NCBI GenBank assembly: GCA_964452145.1
Contig: CAYVLA010000007.1
Location: 19,906-83,905 of the forward strand
Direction: 5' to 3'
Length of the DNA: 64,000 nt
DNA from: Candidatus Hadarchaeota archaeon
GTDB taxonomy: Archaea > CAYQAE01 > CAYVLA01
Every line of letters begins with the position of its first letter. Within the stretch, counting starts at the first letter, position 1. The translations under genes and the position numbers were made by a program. The notes beneath the pieces were generated by a model. That model saw only the letters and a program-made list of their open reading frames with translations. It had not been told where the DNA came from and made no database searches. This document shows positions 37,494 through 46,525 of this stretch, piece by piece.

Positions 37494-38729
37494 TTGTCAG
37501 GGGACCACTGGGCACCGGGACGCGTCCAGTTAGGCCTGGTGATCGCGCTGTCACTTCTCATCGGCTCAGGTGCATCCACTAAGCCGAATGATAGGATCTC
37601 CGTCTTCCTGATCGGCAGCGTCCATCCCGCACAGAACCCCTTCACGGGATACTTCATGCAGGACCCTCTGTTCACATACAGATTGGAACCGATACCACCC
37701 GACATCGCCGACAGCGAGAAGCAGAAGTTGGACCGCATCTACTATCCTCGGACAAGGCAGGCGCTTATTGACAGCTTCGACCTCATCATCTTCAACGATG
37801 CCCGAATCCAGCATTTCACGACAAAGCAGTTCCATGACCTTGACTTCGCCTTCAGGGAAGCTGGAATGGCCTCCGTTGCGACCTTTGGCCCTGCATGGGA
37901 GCAGATCTGGAGAGTCTCAACGCTCTACGACACCTCCCCTGCCTACGATTACACCGATCAATGGTACCACGGCATCTTCTGGGTGGAGTTCCGCAAGAAT
38001 CGGGACCCGGTATTCGACTCATTCGTCGACCTAGGCATGGAGAGGATACTGGGGGATGCCTATCACAAGATGGTGGAGAAGCAGGGTGCCACCGTCTGGG
38101 CGGACATGATGCCCCTTGGGACTCCATTTCTGATATCCTGGCGGCCGGGCGGGAACAAGGCCGGCCTTCAGTGGGTGTTCACGGACGGATTCAATGCCAA
38201 GTGGTGGGGGATCTCGGGTTCCCAACACGCTGCGGGCACCATCGGAATCGAGGGAAGCAATCCCTATGCCATTGACATGGCGACCAATCTGGTCCTCTAC
38301 TCCGTGGGGCAGCCTCTTGTGAGCGACATACACGCCCGGAGGGAGGCGAGATACCTGCTCTCCTCCCTTCGGGCCGAAAGATCATTGGCACTTCAGATGA
38401 TGGAGTGGGCGGATAGCTTCGGCGCCAATACCTTCGACATGGCCCAACGTCTCGCCCAAGCCGAAGCCAGGGTCGGCCCGGCCATCGATAGCTATGTAGA
38501 GCAGGAGTATGCGGATGCCATCGAGCGTCTCAATGTCATGTCTTCAGAGATCTCCGAGATCTCAAGGGACGCCGTCCGACTGAAGAACCAAGCCATGTTC
38601 TGGGTATTCCTGTCGGAGTGGCTGGTTGTAACCTTCGCAGCTATCGTCTCGGGGGTATCACTGTGGACCCTGATGGTCCGCAGGAGGGCGTACAAAGCTG
38701 TTCGCACCACCAGATTGGAGGGCCTATGA
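37494..38729 (+). CDS. Secreted, C-terminally membrane-anchored protein of unnamed paralog family (copy 3)
   Basis: Signal peptide, RIYYPR, KQGA, WADSFGAN, AMFWVFLSEW...LWTLMVRRRAYKAV. Confidence 0.85.
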   Translation: MSGDHWAPGRVQLGLVIALSLLIGSGASTKPNDRISVFLIGSVHPAQNPFTGYFMQDPLFTYRLEPIPPDIADSEKQKLDRIYYPRTRQALIDSFDLIIFNDARIQHFTTKQFHDLDFAFREAGMASVATFGPAWEQIWRVSTLYDTSPAYDYTDQWYHGIFWVEFRKNRDPVFDSFVDLGMERILGDAYHKMVEKQGATVWADMMPLGTPFLISWRPGGNKAGLQWVFTDGFNAKWWGISGSQHAAGTIGIEGSNPYAIDMATNLVLYSVGQPLVSDIHARREARYLLSSLRAERSLALQMMEWADSFGANTFDMAQRLAQAEARVGPAIDSYVEQEYADAIERLNVMSSEISEISRDAVRLKNQAMFWVFLSEWLVVTFAAIVSGVSLWTLMVRRRAYKAVRTTRLEGL

Positions 38730-38905
38730 GCGGGGTACCCACGGAGCCCGGTCTCCGACTGCCCAAACAAGTGAGAGCGCAGGGGAGCAAACGATCCTTA
38801 TAAGTGACCCCGAATCGAGTGTGGTTTCGGCAACACCGGGGAGGCCACGCTCCTCTCGCCCCACCCCCTGGCGTTTCGGGAGGAGTATTCCCGGGAGATG
38901 TGTGC

Positions 38906-40954
38906 GTGTCGCTGGTACTCCAAGATTCGGATAGAGGCTGTCCCTGGCTTTCGGATCTGAACCCTCAACAGCGGAAGGCGGCAACTTTCGGAGAAGGACC
39001 TCTTCTGGTAGTTGCGGGAGCGGGTAGCGGGAAGACCCGCACTCTGGCATACAGAGTTGCCTGGCTGATCGCGAACGGGACCGATCCCTCCCGGATCCTC
39101 CTACTGACTTTCACGCGCAGAGCGGCCGAGGAGATGCTGAAGAGGGCCTCCGCTGTCATCAAGAAGGGCCCTTCCGTAACTGGCCGCGTTTGGGGAGGAA
39201 CTTTTCATGCGGTAGGTAACAGGCTCCTCCGGATCTACTCGAAGTCGGCCGGGCTGAATCCTGGCTTCACCGTCATGGACCGGTCCGATTCCGAGGACAT
39301 GCTCGATGTCATCCGCCATGAACTGGGGCTGCATGGTCGAGGCCACCGCTTCCCGCGCAAGCAGACCTGCATGGCCATATACTCACACTGCGTCAACGCA
39401 TCCCAGAAACTCGATGATGCCCTGAGAAGAAGTTTCCCTTGGTGTGCAGACTGCGAACAGGAACTGAGGTCTCTGTTCAGACGGTACGTCGAACGTAAGC
39501 AGGACGCAAACGTCCTGGACTATGACGATCTCCTCCTCTACTGGGCGCAGCTGGTTTCCGATGACAAGATCTCTCGGGAGATGGGCGAACGCTTCGATCA
39601 CATACTCGTCGATGAGTACCAGGACACAAACCACACCCAGTCCTTGATTCTAAGAGGCATGCGGCGCCACAATCCAAACATCACGGCCGTCGGTGACGAT
39701 GCGCAGAGCATCTACAGCTTTCGCTCCGCAAACGTGCGAAACATGCTGGATTTCCCCAAACAGTTTGAGGGCACGACCGTCCTGACGCTCGAGGAGAACT
39801 ACCGTTCCGTGATGCCGATCCTCCAGGTGACCAACAGGGTCATCGCCCATGCCAGGGAGAGGTACACCAAGGATCTCTGGTCGGTCCGAAGGCAAGGTGC
39901 CCGCCCCAAGCTTGTAACATGCAGAGACGAGCACGAGCAGGATGAATACGTCGTCACACGCGTTCTGGAGCACTACGAGGAGGGCATCAAGCTGAGGAAG
40001 CAGGCCGTCCTGTTCCGAGCGGCCCATCTGTCCGATAGCCTTGAGGTAGAACTGACCCGGCGCAACATACCCTACCACAAGTACGGAGGGCTGAGATTCA
40101 TCGAGTCCTCCCATGTGAAGGATCTCATAGCCTACCTGAGAGTGGCCGAGAATCCTCGAGACGAGATGGCGTGGTTCCGGATTCTTCAGCTGATCGACGG
40201 GATAGGGCCTTCAATCGCTGCCCGGATAATCACGCACCTGGTGGGCCAACAATGGGAGTTCAGGGCCCTATGCTCATCCAATTCTCCGCCGATGGCTCTC
40301 GATTCCCTTGATGCAATGGCCTCCATGATGGATGATATCCAGCTACAGCCCACGATGCCTCCATCGGCCCAGATCGAACGCATACGGGAGTTCTATGATC
40401 CGCTTCTTCGCAAGCTCTACGAAAACTCCGTGATGAGAGTTCGGGATCTGGAGAACCTCGAGAGGATCGCCTCGAGGTATCGTTCACGAGCACAGTTCCT
40501 TGCGGACCTCCAGCTGGATCCTCCCACCTCAACGAGCGACCTAGCGGGGGCACCGGTCAAGGACGAGGACTGGTTGATCCTCTCCACCATCCACTCCGCA
40601 AAGGGATGTGAGTGGGACGTCGTCTACCTTATCCACGCCGCAGACGGCTTCCTTCCTTCCGACATGTCGACGGGATCGGAGGAGGAGATCGAGGAAGAGA
40701 GGCGGCTGACCTATGTAGCCATGACCAGGGCCCGGGACTTCCTCTACATCACATGGCCCTTCAGATACTATCACAAGACCCGCAGATACACGGACAGCCA
40801 CAGCTATGCCCAGCTCTGCCGCTTCCTCTCAGAGGACGTGCGTGCCATGCTTGATGAGGTCGACTTGGCGCATCTTGGTGCCGAGGAGGACGCCCTGCCC
40901 GATGAAACTGAGGAGGGAGACATCAAGGCGCGAATGCGCGCAATCTGGGCCTGA
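38906..40954 (+). CDS. UvrD/Rep/PcrA-family ATP-dependent DNA helicase
   Basis: LNPQQ, AGAGSGKT, TFTRRAA, TFHA, VDEYQD, VGDDAQSIY.FR, ENYRS, STIHSAKG.EW, EERRL.YVAMTRA; start uncertain. Confidence 0.93.
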   Translation: MSLVLQDSDRGCPWLSDLNPQQRKAATFGEGPLLVVAGAGSGKTRTLAYRVAWLIANGTDPSRILLLTFTRRAAEEMLKRASAVIKKGPSVTGRVWGGTFHAVGNRLLRIYSKSAGLNPGFTVMDRSDSEDMLDVIRHELGLHGRGHRFPRKQTCMAIYSHCVNASQKLDDALRRSFPWCADCEQELRSLFRRYVERKQDANVLDYDDLLLYWAQLVSDDKISREMGERFDHILVDEYQDTNHTQSLILRGMRRHNPNITAVGDDAQSIYSFRSANVRNMLDFPKQFEGTTVLTLEENYRSVMPILQVTNRVIAHARERYTKDLWSVRRQGARPKLVTCRDEHEQDEYVVTRVLEHYEEGIKLRKQAVLFRAAHLSDSLEVELTRRNIPYHKYGGLRFIESSHVKDLIAYLRVAENPRDEMAWFRILQLIDGIGPSIAARIITHLVGQQWEFRALCSSNSPPMALDSLDAMASMMDDIQLQPTMPPSAQIERIREFYDPLLRKLYENSVMRVRDLENLERIASRYRSRAQFLADLQLDPPTSTSDLAGAPVKDEDWLILSTIHSAKGCEWDVVYLIHAADGFLPSDMSTGSEEEIEEERRLTYVAMTRARDFLYITWPFRYYHKTRRYTDSHSYAQLCRFLSEDVRAMLDEVDLAHLGAEEDALPDETEEGDIKARMRAIWA

Positions 40955-41174
40955 TCGGAAGGCAGACCGTCCCTCATGGCCTAAGAGCACACTCGTGTGC
41001 CGCGGGAACTGGTGTAACCTCTCCATTCTTGGTGGTGACCCTGATTTCCAGACGCCGAACGTGGGTGGGGAAATGTTCGATGGCTTTATATTCGATGCAA
41101 GACTGGTAGGGGGAGCGATCACTCCGATGTCCTGCAAAGCGTCGATGAAGCAGACGTTTGTCTGAGGAATAGTC

Positions 41175-42323
41175 GTGCAGAAAGCATCAGCGAAGCGTCG
41201 GACAGGCCACGATTCCACGACGGATCTTCTCCCCGCCGAGAAGCTGCCGGTCATCGAAGGTCTGCCGGAGATGTTCAGAATGAACGACGGCACGAGGGTT
41301 CGAGGTCGCAGGGACTGGGCCCGACGGCGCAACGAAATCAAAGCGATCATGCTGTACTATCAGTACGGCCATATCCCCCCTGCGCCCAGGAGGTGTACTG
41401 CGCATGAGACATCCTCACGGCCGGCCTACGATGGGGCCGCAACCGAGAAGCGCATCACGCTTCGGATCGGGCCAGCGCATGGCGTGGCGATACGGGTCGG
41501 CATGGTCATCCCGGTCGGCCGGGGCCCCTTCCCCGTGATCCTGAGGAACGACCGATGCTTGGGAGCAACGGCAATAGGCGAGGAGATCATCGGGCGTGGC
41601 TACATTCTCGCGGAGTACAACCGGCATGACATTGATCCGGACGGTCCCGACAGAAGCGATGGCGTCCATCCTGTCTACCCCGAGTTCGACTGGGGTACCC
41701 TGGCGGCGTGGGCCTGGGGCGGGATGCGGGCGGTGGATTACCTCCTGACGTTGGACGTCGTCGATGAGGGCAAGATCGCCTTCACCGGACACTCAAGGGG
41801 CGGCAAGACGGCACTGCTCGCAGGCGCACTGGACGGGAGGATCGCCCTGGTTTCACCGAACGGGTCGGGCACCGGAGGCGCAGGCTCGTACAGGACAAAG
41901 GGCACGGGGGCCGAGAGGCTGGAGGATATCTCGAGGAACTTCCCGTACTGGTTCGTCCCCCGCCTCGCCGGCTTCGTGGGCCGGGAGAACAGGATGCCCT
42001 TCGATCAGCACTTCCTCAGGGCTCTGGTTGCCCCCCGGGCGGTGCTATCGACAGATGCCCTGGGTGACCAGTGGGCAAACCCGCTGGGCACCCAACACAT
42101 GTTCGTCGCAGCCCAGCCCGCCTTTGACTGGCTGGGCGTCAGCGGGAACAATGCCATTCACTTCCGTCAGGGCGGACATGCCCAGGGGCCGGATGACATA
42201 AGGGCGCTTCTCGACTTCGCGGACTGGGTGTTCTTCCACAGGGCTCCCAAGAGCGGCAGAAGGTTCAATGTCCTTCCTTTCCCGGATGAGCCAAGCACGT
42301 CCGACTGGAGGCCGCCGGGGTGA
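41175..42323 (+). CDS. CE15-like glucuronoyl/acetyl esterase
   Basis: WGTLAAWAWG..R..DYL, TGHSRGGK, SG.GG, MPFDQH.L.AL.APR, D.WANP.G. Confidence 0.85.
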   Translation: MQKASAKRRTGHDSTTDLLPAEKLPVIEGLPEMFRMNDGTRVRGRRDWARRRNEIKAIMLYYQYGHIPPAPRRCTAHETSSRPAYDGAATEKRITLRIGPAHGVAIRVGMVIPVGRGPFPVILRNDRCLGATAIGEEIIGRGYILAEYNRHDIDPDGPDRSDGVHPVYPEFDWGTLAAWAWGGMRAVDYLLTLDVVDEGKIAFTGHSRGGKTALLAGALDGRIALVSPNGSGTGGAGSYRTKGTGAERLEDISRNFPYWFVPRLAGFVGRENRMPFDQHFLRALVAPRAVLSTDALGDQWANPLGTQHMFVAAQPAFDWLGVSGNNAIHFRQGGHAQGPDDIRALLDFADWVFFHRAPKSGRRFNVLPFPDEPSTSDWRPPG

Positions 42324-42370
42324 CCGTGGGTAGCGCATCAGAATGCAGGTTCGGCATCTCCGCGATTCTG

Positions 42371-42398
42371 CCCTAGGCCCTAGGCCTAGGCCTTAGGC
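42371..42398. repeat. Tandem imperfect CCTAGG palindromic repeats (x4)
   Basis: CCCTAGG-CCCTAGG-CCTAGG-CCTTAGG directly before TTTTAAT. Confidence 0.75.
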
Positions 42399-42441
42399 AA
42401 TCCTTTTAATCTTGGCTTGTCCTCGCAGGACCGGTGAAACC

Positions 42442-44529
42442 ATGGCGATGTTTGAAGCATCTGACAGGGACCCGGGATGGACGACCTCTATCCCGATCAC
42501 CTACAACATTGACTATTCCGCCAACCACGTGGGCAATGATGAGTACATCAGGATGATAGCGGATGCCCCGCCGGTCCTGCTCCACGTCGGCCATGACGTG
42601 CCCTTCAAGAGCATGTACGGACCGAACGAGCTTTTCCACTGCTTCGGGGAGAAGATGCTTGGACCAAGGGAGGTCGACGAGAGGATAGGCGTATTGACCG
42701 AGTACGTCCGCCGGCTACACGATGCCGGCGTCAGGTTGGTCATCCCCTACATCTGTTCCATGTTCATCTTCGGGGATGCGAAGAAGCGGACGGGATTCTG
42801 GCAGTTCTATGATAGCTGGGAGAAATACTATAGATTCGGATTCGGGTCCAGACCCAGGAAGGATCCTCTAAGCTGGTGCTGCGAGAAACCCAGGAAACTG
42901 GACGCCAAGGGTTTCGACGCCGGGTACGTCTACGAGCCCTGCATTAGCAACCCGGACTGGCGTCGTTTCCTCAGAACTGTCGTAGGCCACATAGCCGAGG
43001 TCGGCTACGACGGGGTCTTCTCGGACGTGAATTCCTCCAGATGCCAGAAGGCATGCTGTCGACGGCTTTTCGCGGAGTACCTGGCGGCCCGCTACACATC
43101 GAAGGAGATCAGGGATCTCTTCGGCTTCGAAGCCCCGAGCAAGGTGCGTCTCGGACGCGAAGGCGAAGGTCTTCTATGGCTAGAGACCGTCAGGTTCAGG
43201 GGTGAGAGGATCGCCACCCTCTTTGCAGAGCTCCGCAACGAAGGAAGGAAGCACAGGGATACCTTCATAGTCACGCCCAACCTGAGCCCCTTCCAACACG
43301 TGGACGGAGTCTGGAAGAGAGTCGGAAACACCCACCACTTCGGGGCCTGGGCGCGTGAATGCCCGATCATAATGTTCGAGGAAATGCAGCAGCCCGGCCT
43401 CTTCAGGCCCGGGGTGGTCTCCAACTTCGCATTTCAGTACAAGTATGCCTTCGCCCACGCGTCCAGGGCGGGGTGCCTGCTCTATCATGCGACCGATCCC
43501 AGCGGCGTGCACATAGCGATTGCAGAAGCCGCGGCGGGAGGGGGAGGGGCGTTCATCCAGGGACATTACTCGTGTCCGGAGGTCAGAAAGGAATACCGTG
43601 CCTTCTTCAGCGCGCACGGGGACCTTTTCGAGGGCTATGCGCCTCACTCCCCCGTGGGGCTGGTCTTCTCCTACGACCAGCTTGCGTGGGGCACAAGATC
43701 CCATCTGGAGAATGCCTTCAGGATAGCCGAAGAGCTCATGGCCCAGCACGTTCTCTTCGACATCGTGGCGGAAAGGAGCCTTCGCATCGAGGCTCTGAGA
43801 CGATATAGTGTCCTGATCGCCTCGGATTTGGAGAACCTGTCCAGCACGCAGGTGAAGGCCCTTCTAGGATTCATGCAGGAAGGTGGCTGGCTGCTGGCGA
43901 CGGGCAATCTGGGGGCTTTCGACGAGCGAGGCAGAAGAAGGCGCGGGGGGGCATTCGCCACCATACCCGCATCTTCGTGGAGCGAGATAGGAAGAGGTCT
44001 CCGGCGGGCAAGCTTCAGGAAGGGCGGGGGCCTCAAGGCAGACCGTCTCGACCGCCTTCTCTCCCCATCTCCGTTTGAGATCTTCCTGCTATCCGAGGAG
44101 GAATGCAACGATATCAACAAGATCTTCGAGCTAATGTCGAAATCCGAACCGGCTCCTCCGGCGTGCCGAGAGCTCTTGCCCGAGATGCGGAAGGTCGCGG
44201 GTGAGCTAAGCATCTCTGACTCGGAGGAGACGCTCAGGTTCAACGCGTACAAGAGGATGGAACCGGGCAGAATGGCCATGACGCTCCACGCCGTCAACTA
44301 CAACCTCCCGATCCGGGCCAGAGGGCAATCGGGTCCCATTGCACCGGCGAAGGATGTGCGAGTCATGCTGCCTCTGCCGGACGGCTTTGAGGTCGGTGAA
44401 GCGGTGCTGTACAATCCCCCTAGCGACGGAAGATCTGAGGTTGCCTTCAACCAGGACGGAAGGTCCCTGCTGCTCGAAATCCCGGTCGTCGAGACATACG
44501 CTGTTGCCCAAGTTCTGCCCAGAGGGTAA
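42442..44529 (+). CDS. Hypothetical glycoside hydrolase-like protein with beta-galactosidase trimerisation-type C-terminal domain
   Basis: PCISNPDWR, GYDGVFSD, CQKACCRRLF.EYL, VGLVFS, L.AQHVLFDIV, LHAVNY. Confidence 0.65.
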   Translation: MAMFEASDRDPGWTTSIPITYNIDYSANHVGNDEYIRMIADAPPVLLHVGHDVPFKSMYGPNELFHCFGEKMLGPREVDERIGVLTEYVRRLHDAGVRLVIPYICSMFIFGDAKKRTGFWQFYDSWEKYYRFGFGSRPRKDPLSWCCEKPRKLDAKGFDAGYVYEPCISNPDWRRFLRTVVGHIAEVGYDGVFSDVNSSRCQKACCRRLFAEYLAARYTSKEIRDLFGFEAPSKVRLGREGEGLLWLETVRFRGERIATLFAELRNEGRKHRDTFIVTPNLSPFQHVDGVWKRVGNTHHFGAWARECPIIMFEEMQQPGLFRPGVVSNFAFQYKYAFAHASRAGCLLYHATDPSGVHIAIAEAAAGGGGAFIQGHYSCPEVRKEYRAFFSAHGDLFEGYAPHSPVGLVFSYDQLAWGTRSHLENAFRIAEELMAQHVLFDIVAERSLRIEALRRYSVLIASDLENLSSTQVKALLGFMQEGGWLLATGNLGAFDERGRRRRGGAFATIPASSWSEIGRGLRRASFRKGGGLKADRLDRLLSPSPFEIFLLSEEECNDINKIFELMSKSEPAPPACRELLPEMRKVAGELSISDSEETLRFNAYKRMEPGRMAMTLHAVNYNLPIRARGQSGPIAPAKDVRVMLPLPDGFEVGEAVLYNPPSDGRSEVAFNQDGRSLLLEIPVVETYAVAQVLPRG

Positions 44530-44608
44530 TCGAGCCTTCTGTCGCCTAAGCGGCACGGGCACGGCGGTCAAGAAAGTGATTTCAACTCAAATTCCCCGAA
44601 TATCCTGA

Positions 44609-45646
44609 ATGGCGCCATCTGCCCAGATATCGAGACGGCGTTTCCTAGCAGCCGCCGGGGCAGGAGCTGGATTAGTGGCAGCAGCCAACGGATCGTCCTT
44701 CTACAATCAGATTCACCTGGCCACGGCTGGTCCAGATGCCAGGGTGGTGGCAAGGACCAACGGAAGCCCCGAGCAGATGCTCACGGAGTGCGTGGAAGCC
44801 CTGGGCGGCATATCGTCCTTCATCTCACAGGGCGACAGAGTGGCCATAAAGGTCAACGGGAGCTGGAACAATCCGAGTGCTAACACCCATCCAGAGGTCG
44901 TGCGCCAGGTCGTGCTTCTGGCCAGGGAGGCCAAACCCTCACAGATCACGGTCTTCGATCACACCATAGAGCGAGCCGGCTGGCCGGCCCTGGCCAGATC
45001 GGCTGAGGAGGCAGGTGCCACCGCAGTCGAGCTGAGAGGGAGTTGGAGCGAATACATGTTGAGGGACACTCCGGGGGTCAGCCTGAAGTCCATCGGCCTT
45101 GCCAAGATCTTGGACGAATGCGACGCTCTCATCAATGTGCCGAAGCTGAAGACCCACTCTGGAGGCCATGTAACCATAAGCCTGAAAAATCACATGGGGA
45201 GCGTCCTAGACCGGGGGGCAATTCACGATGGCGGTGGAAGAGGACTTCACCAAGGCATCGCGGATCTCAACGCATGCCCGGTGATTAGGACCAAGCAACG
45301 CCTCATATTGTGCGACGCGATCAGCCCTATGGTGAAAGGTGGACCCAGTGCGGGCACCCACGCCCAGTACAGCGGCATCCTGGGAGGAACCGATGCCGTG
45401 GCCCTCGATCTGATCGGTACCCAGATCATCCAAAGGTACAACCAGAGCTTGCCCGAGCGTCCCCCCCACATAGCGCTGGCTGCTGATCTGGGCCTGGGAA
45501 TCGGCGACCCGAGCAGGATACGCTTCGACGAGGCCGACGTCGGGCAGCCGATCCCGGAGGCTTCCCTCGGCTACGCTCTTGCGAGCGCTGCATCCCTCGC
45601 GATTCTGCGAAGGAGAACGAATGCAAAGGGGATCCGAGGGGGCTGA
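44609..45646 (+). CDS. DUF362-domain protein with Tat signal and PEF/PEP-CTERM-like tail
   Basis: SRRRFL Tat motif; GDRVAIKVN, THPEVV, INVPKLKTH, SLKNHMG, DAVALD; tail PIPEA-hydrophobic-RRR. Confidence 0.85.
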   Translation: MAPSAQISRRRFLAAAGAGAGLVAAANGSSFYNQIHLATAGPDARVVARTNGSPEQMLTECVEALGGISSFISQGDRVAIKVNGSWNNPSANTHPEVVRQVVLLAREAKPSQITVFDHTIERAGWPALARSAEEAGATAVELRGSWSEYMLRDTPGVSLKSIGLAKILDECDALINVPKLKTHSGGHVTISLKNHMGSVLDRGAIHDGGGRGLHQGIADLNACPVIRTKQRLILCDAISPMVKGGPSAGTHAQYSGILGGTDAVALDLIGTQIIQRYNQSLPERPPHIALAADLGLGIGDPSRIRFDEADVGQPIPEASLGYALASAASLAILRRRTNAKGIRGG

Positions 45647-45903
45647 ACGGGATTCTCTCCTCTTGGCAGGGAGTTGGAGCCTTGGCCCACCTTCATGCGT
45701 GCGATTGTCCCGGAGCACCATGCAAGCATGAGCCGGCAATGGTAAGTACACTGGCATTGGCACGGGCAAGGCAGACATGAGGGATTGAGGCACCGGCATA
45801 GGCACAGGCAAGGAAAACCTTTTTTAGCCACATTTCCACCTCTGTTCAGGGGCGGGGTCGGCGGCGATGGCCTCTACCCTTCGCGGTTCTCTTGGTGATT
45901 TCA

Positions 45904-46524
45904 GTGTCAGAGGAGCTACAACAGGAAGCAGGGCAGAACCTCCTGATCCCCATGGACGACTATCTGGCAGCTGGTGTACACATCGGGACCCAGCAGAAGA
46001 ATCGGGATATGGAGGAGTACATCTACAGGGCTAGGACGGATGGGCTCTATGTCATGAATGTTCAGAAGACGGATGAGAAGATCCGGGTCGCGGGCCGGTT
46101 CATCGCCCACTACAAGCCTCAGGATGTCCTCATCGTCTCGGCCAGGCAGTACGGCAAGAAGCCGACAAGCTGCTTTGCCCAGATAACTGGCATACGAGCC
46201 AAGCCGGGGCGCTTCGTCCCCGGGAGCCTGACCAATCCTAATTTGAAGGAGTTCATGGAGATAGGCCTTCTCATAGCCACCGATCCGAGAGCGGATGCCC
46301 AAGCGATCTCAGAGGCAACCGATGCCGGAGTCCCGGTCATAGCCCTCTGCGACAGCGACAACGAGACCAGCTTCGTTGATCTGGTCGTCCCTACCAATAA
46401 CAAGGGCAAGAAGGCGCTCTCCCTGGTCTACATGCTTCTGGCCCGGGAGGTACTAATGGCCAGAGGCGAAATCGACAGCTACGAGAAGTTCCCACATACG
46501 GCCGCCTCCTTCGAAGGCGAGTAG
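45904..46524 (+). CDS. rps2: 30S ribosomal protein S2 (archaeal uS2)
   Basis: YLAAGVHIGTQQK, RFVPGSLTNP, DPRADAQA, PTNNKG; GGTGA SD before GTG 45904. Confidence 0.96.
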   Translation: MSEELQQEAGQNLLIPMDDYLAAGVHIGTQQKNRDMEEYIYRARTDGLYVMNVQKTDEKIRVAGRFIAHYKPQDVLIVSARQYGKKPTSCFAQITGIRAKPGRFVPGSLTNPNLKEFMEIGLLIATDPRADAQAISEATDAGVPVIALCDSDNETSFVDLVVPTNNKGKKALSLVYMLLAREVLMARGEIDSYEKFPHTAASFEGE

Positions 46525-46525
46525 C

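Noticed and set aside
45571..45831. Cys-rich minus-strand ORF (CLCLCRC...CPCQCQC) resembling a metallothionein
   Set aside because: The Cys pattern is a by-product of the GGCANN hexamer tract; the ORF overlaps the rps2 promoter and the DUF362 3' end
45848..45882. GGCGATGG...CCTCTAC upstream of rps2 resembling a fluoride riboswitch
   Set aside because: Order and pseudoknot pairing do not fit; at most a simple 5'-UTR hairpin, and the gene context is wrong
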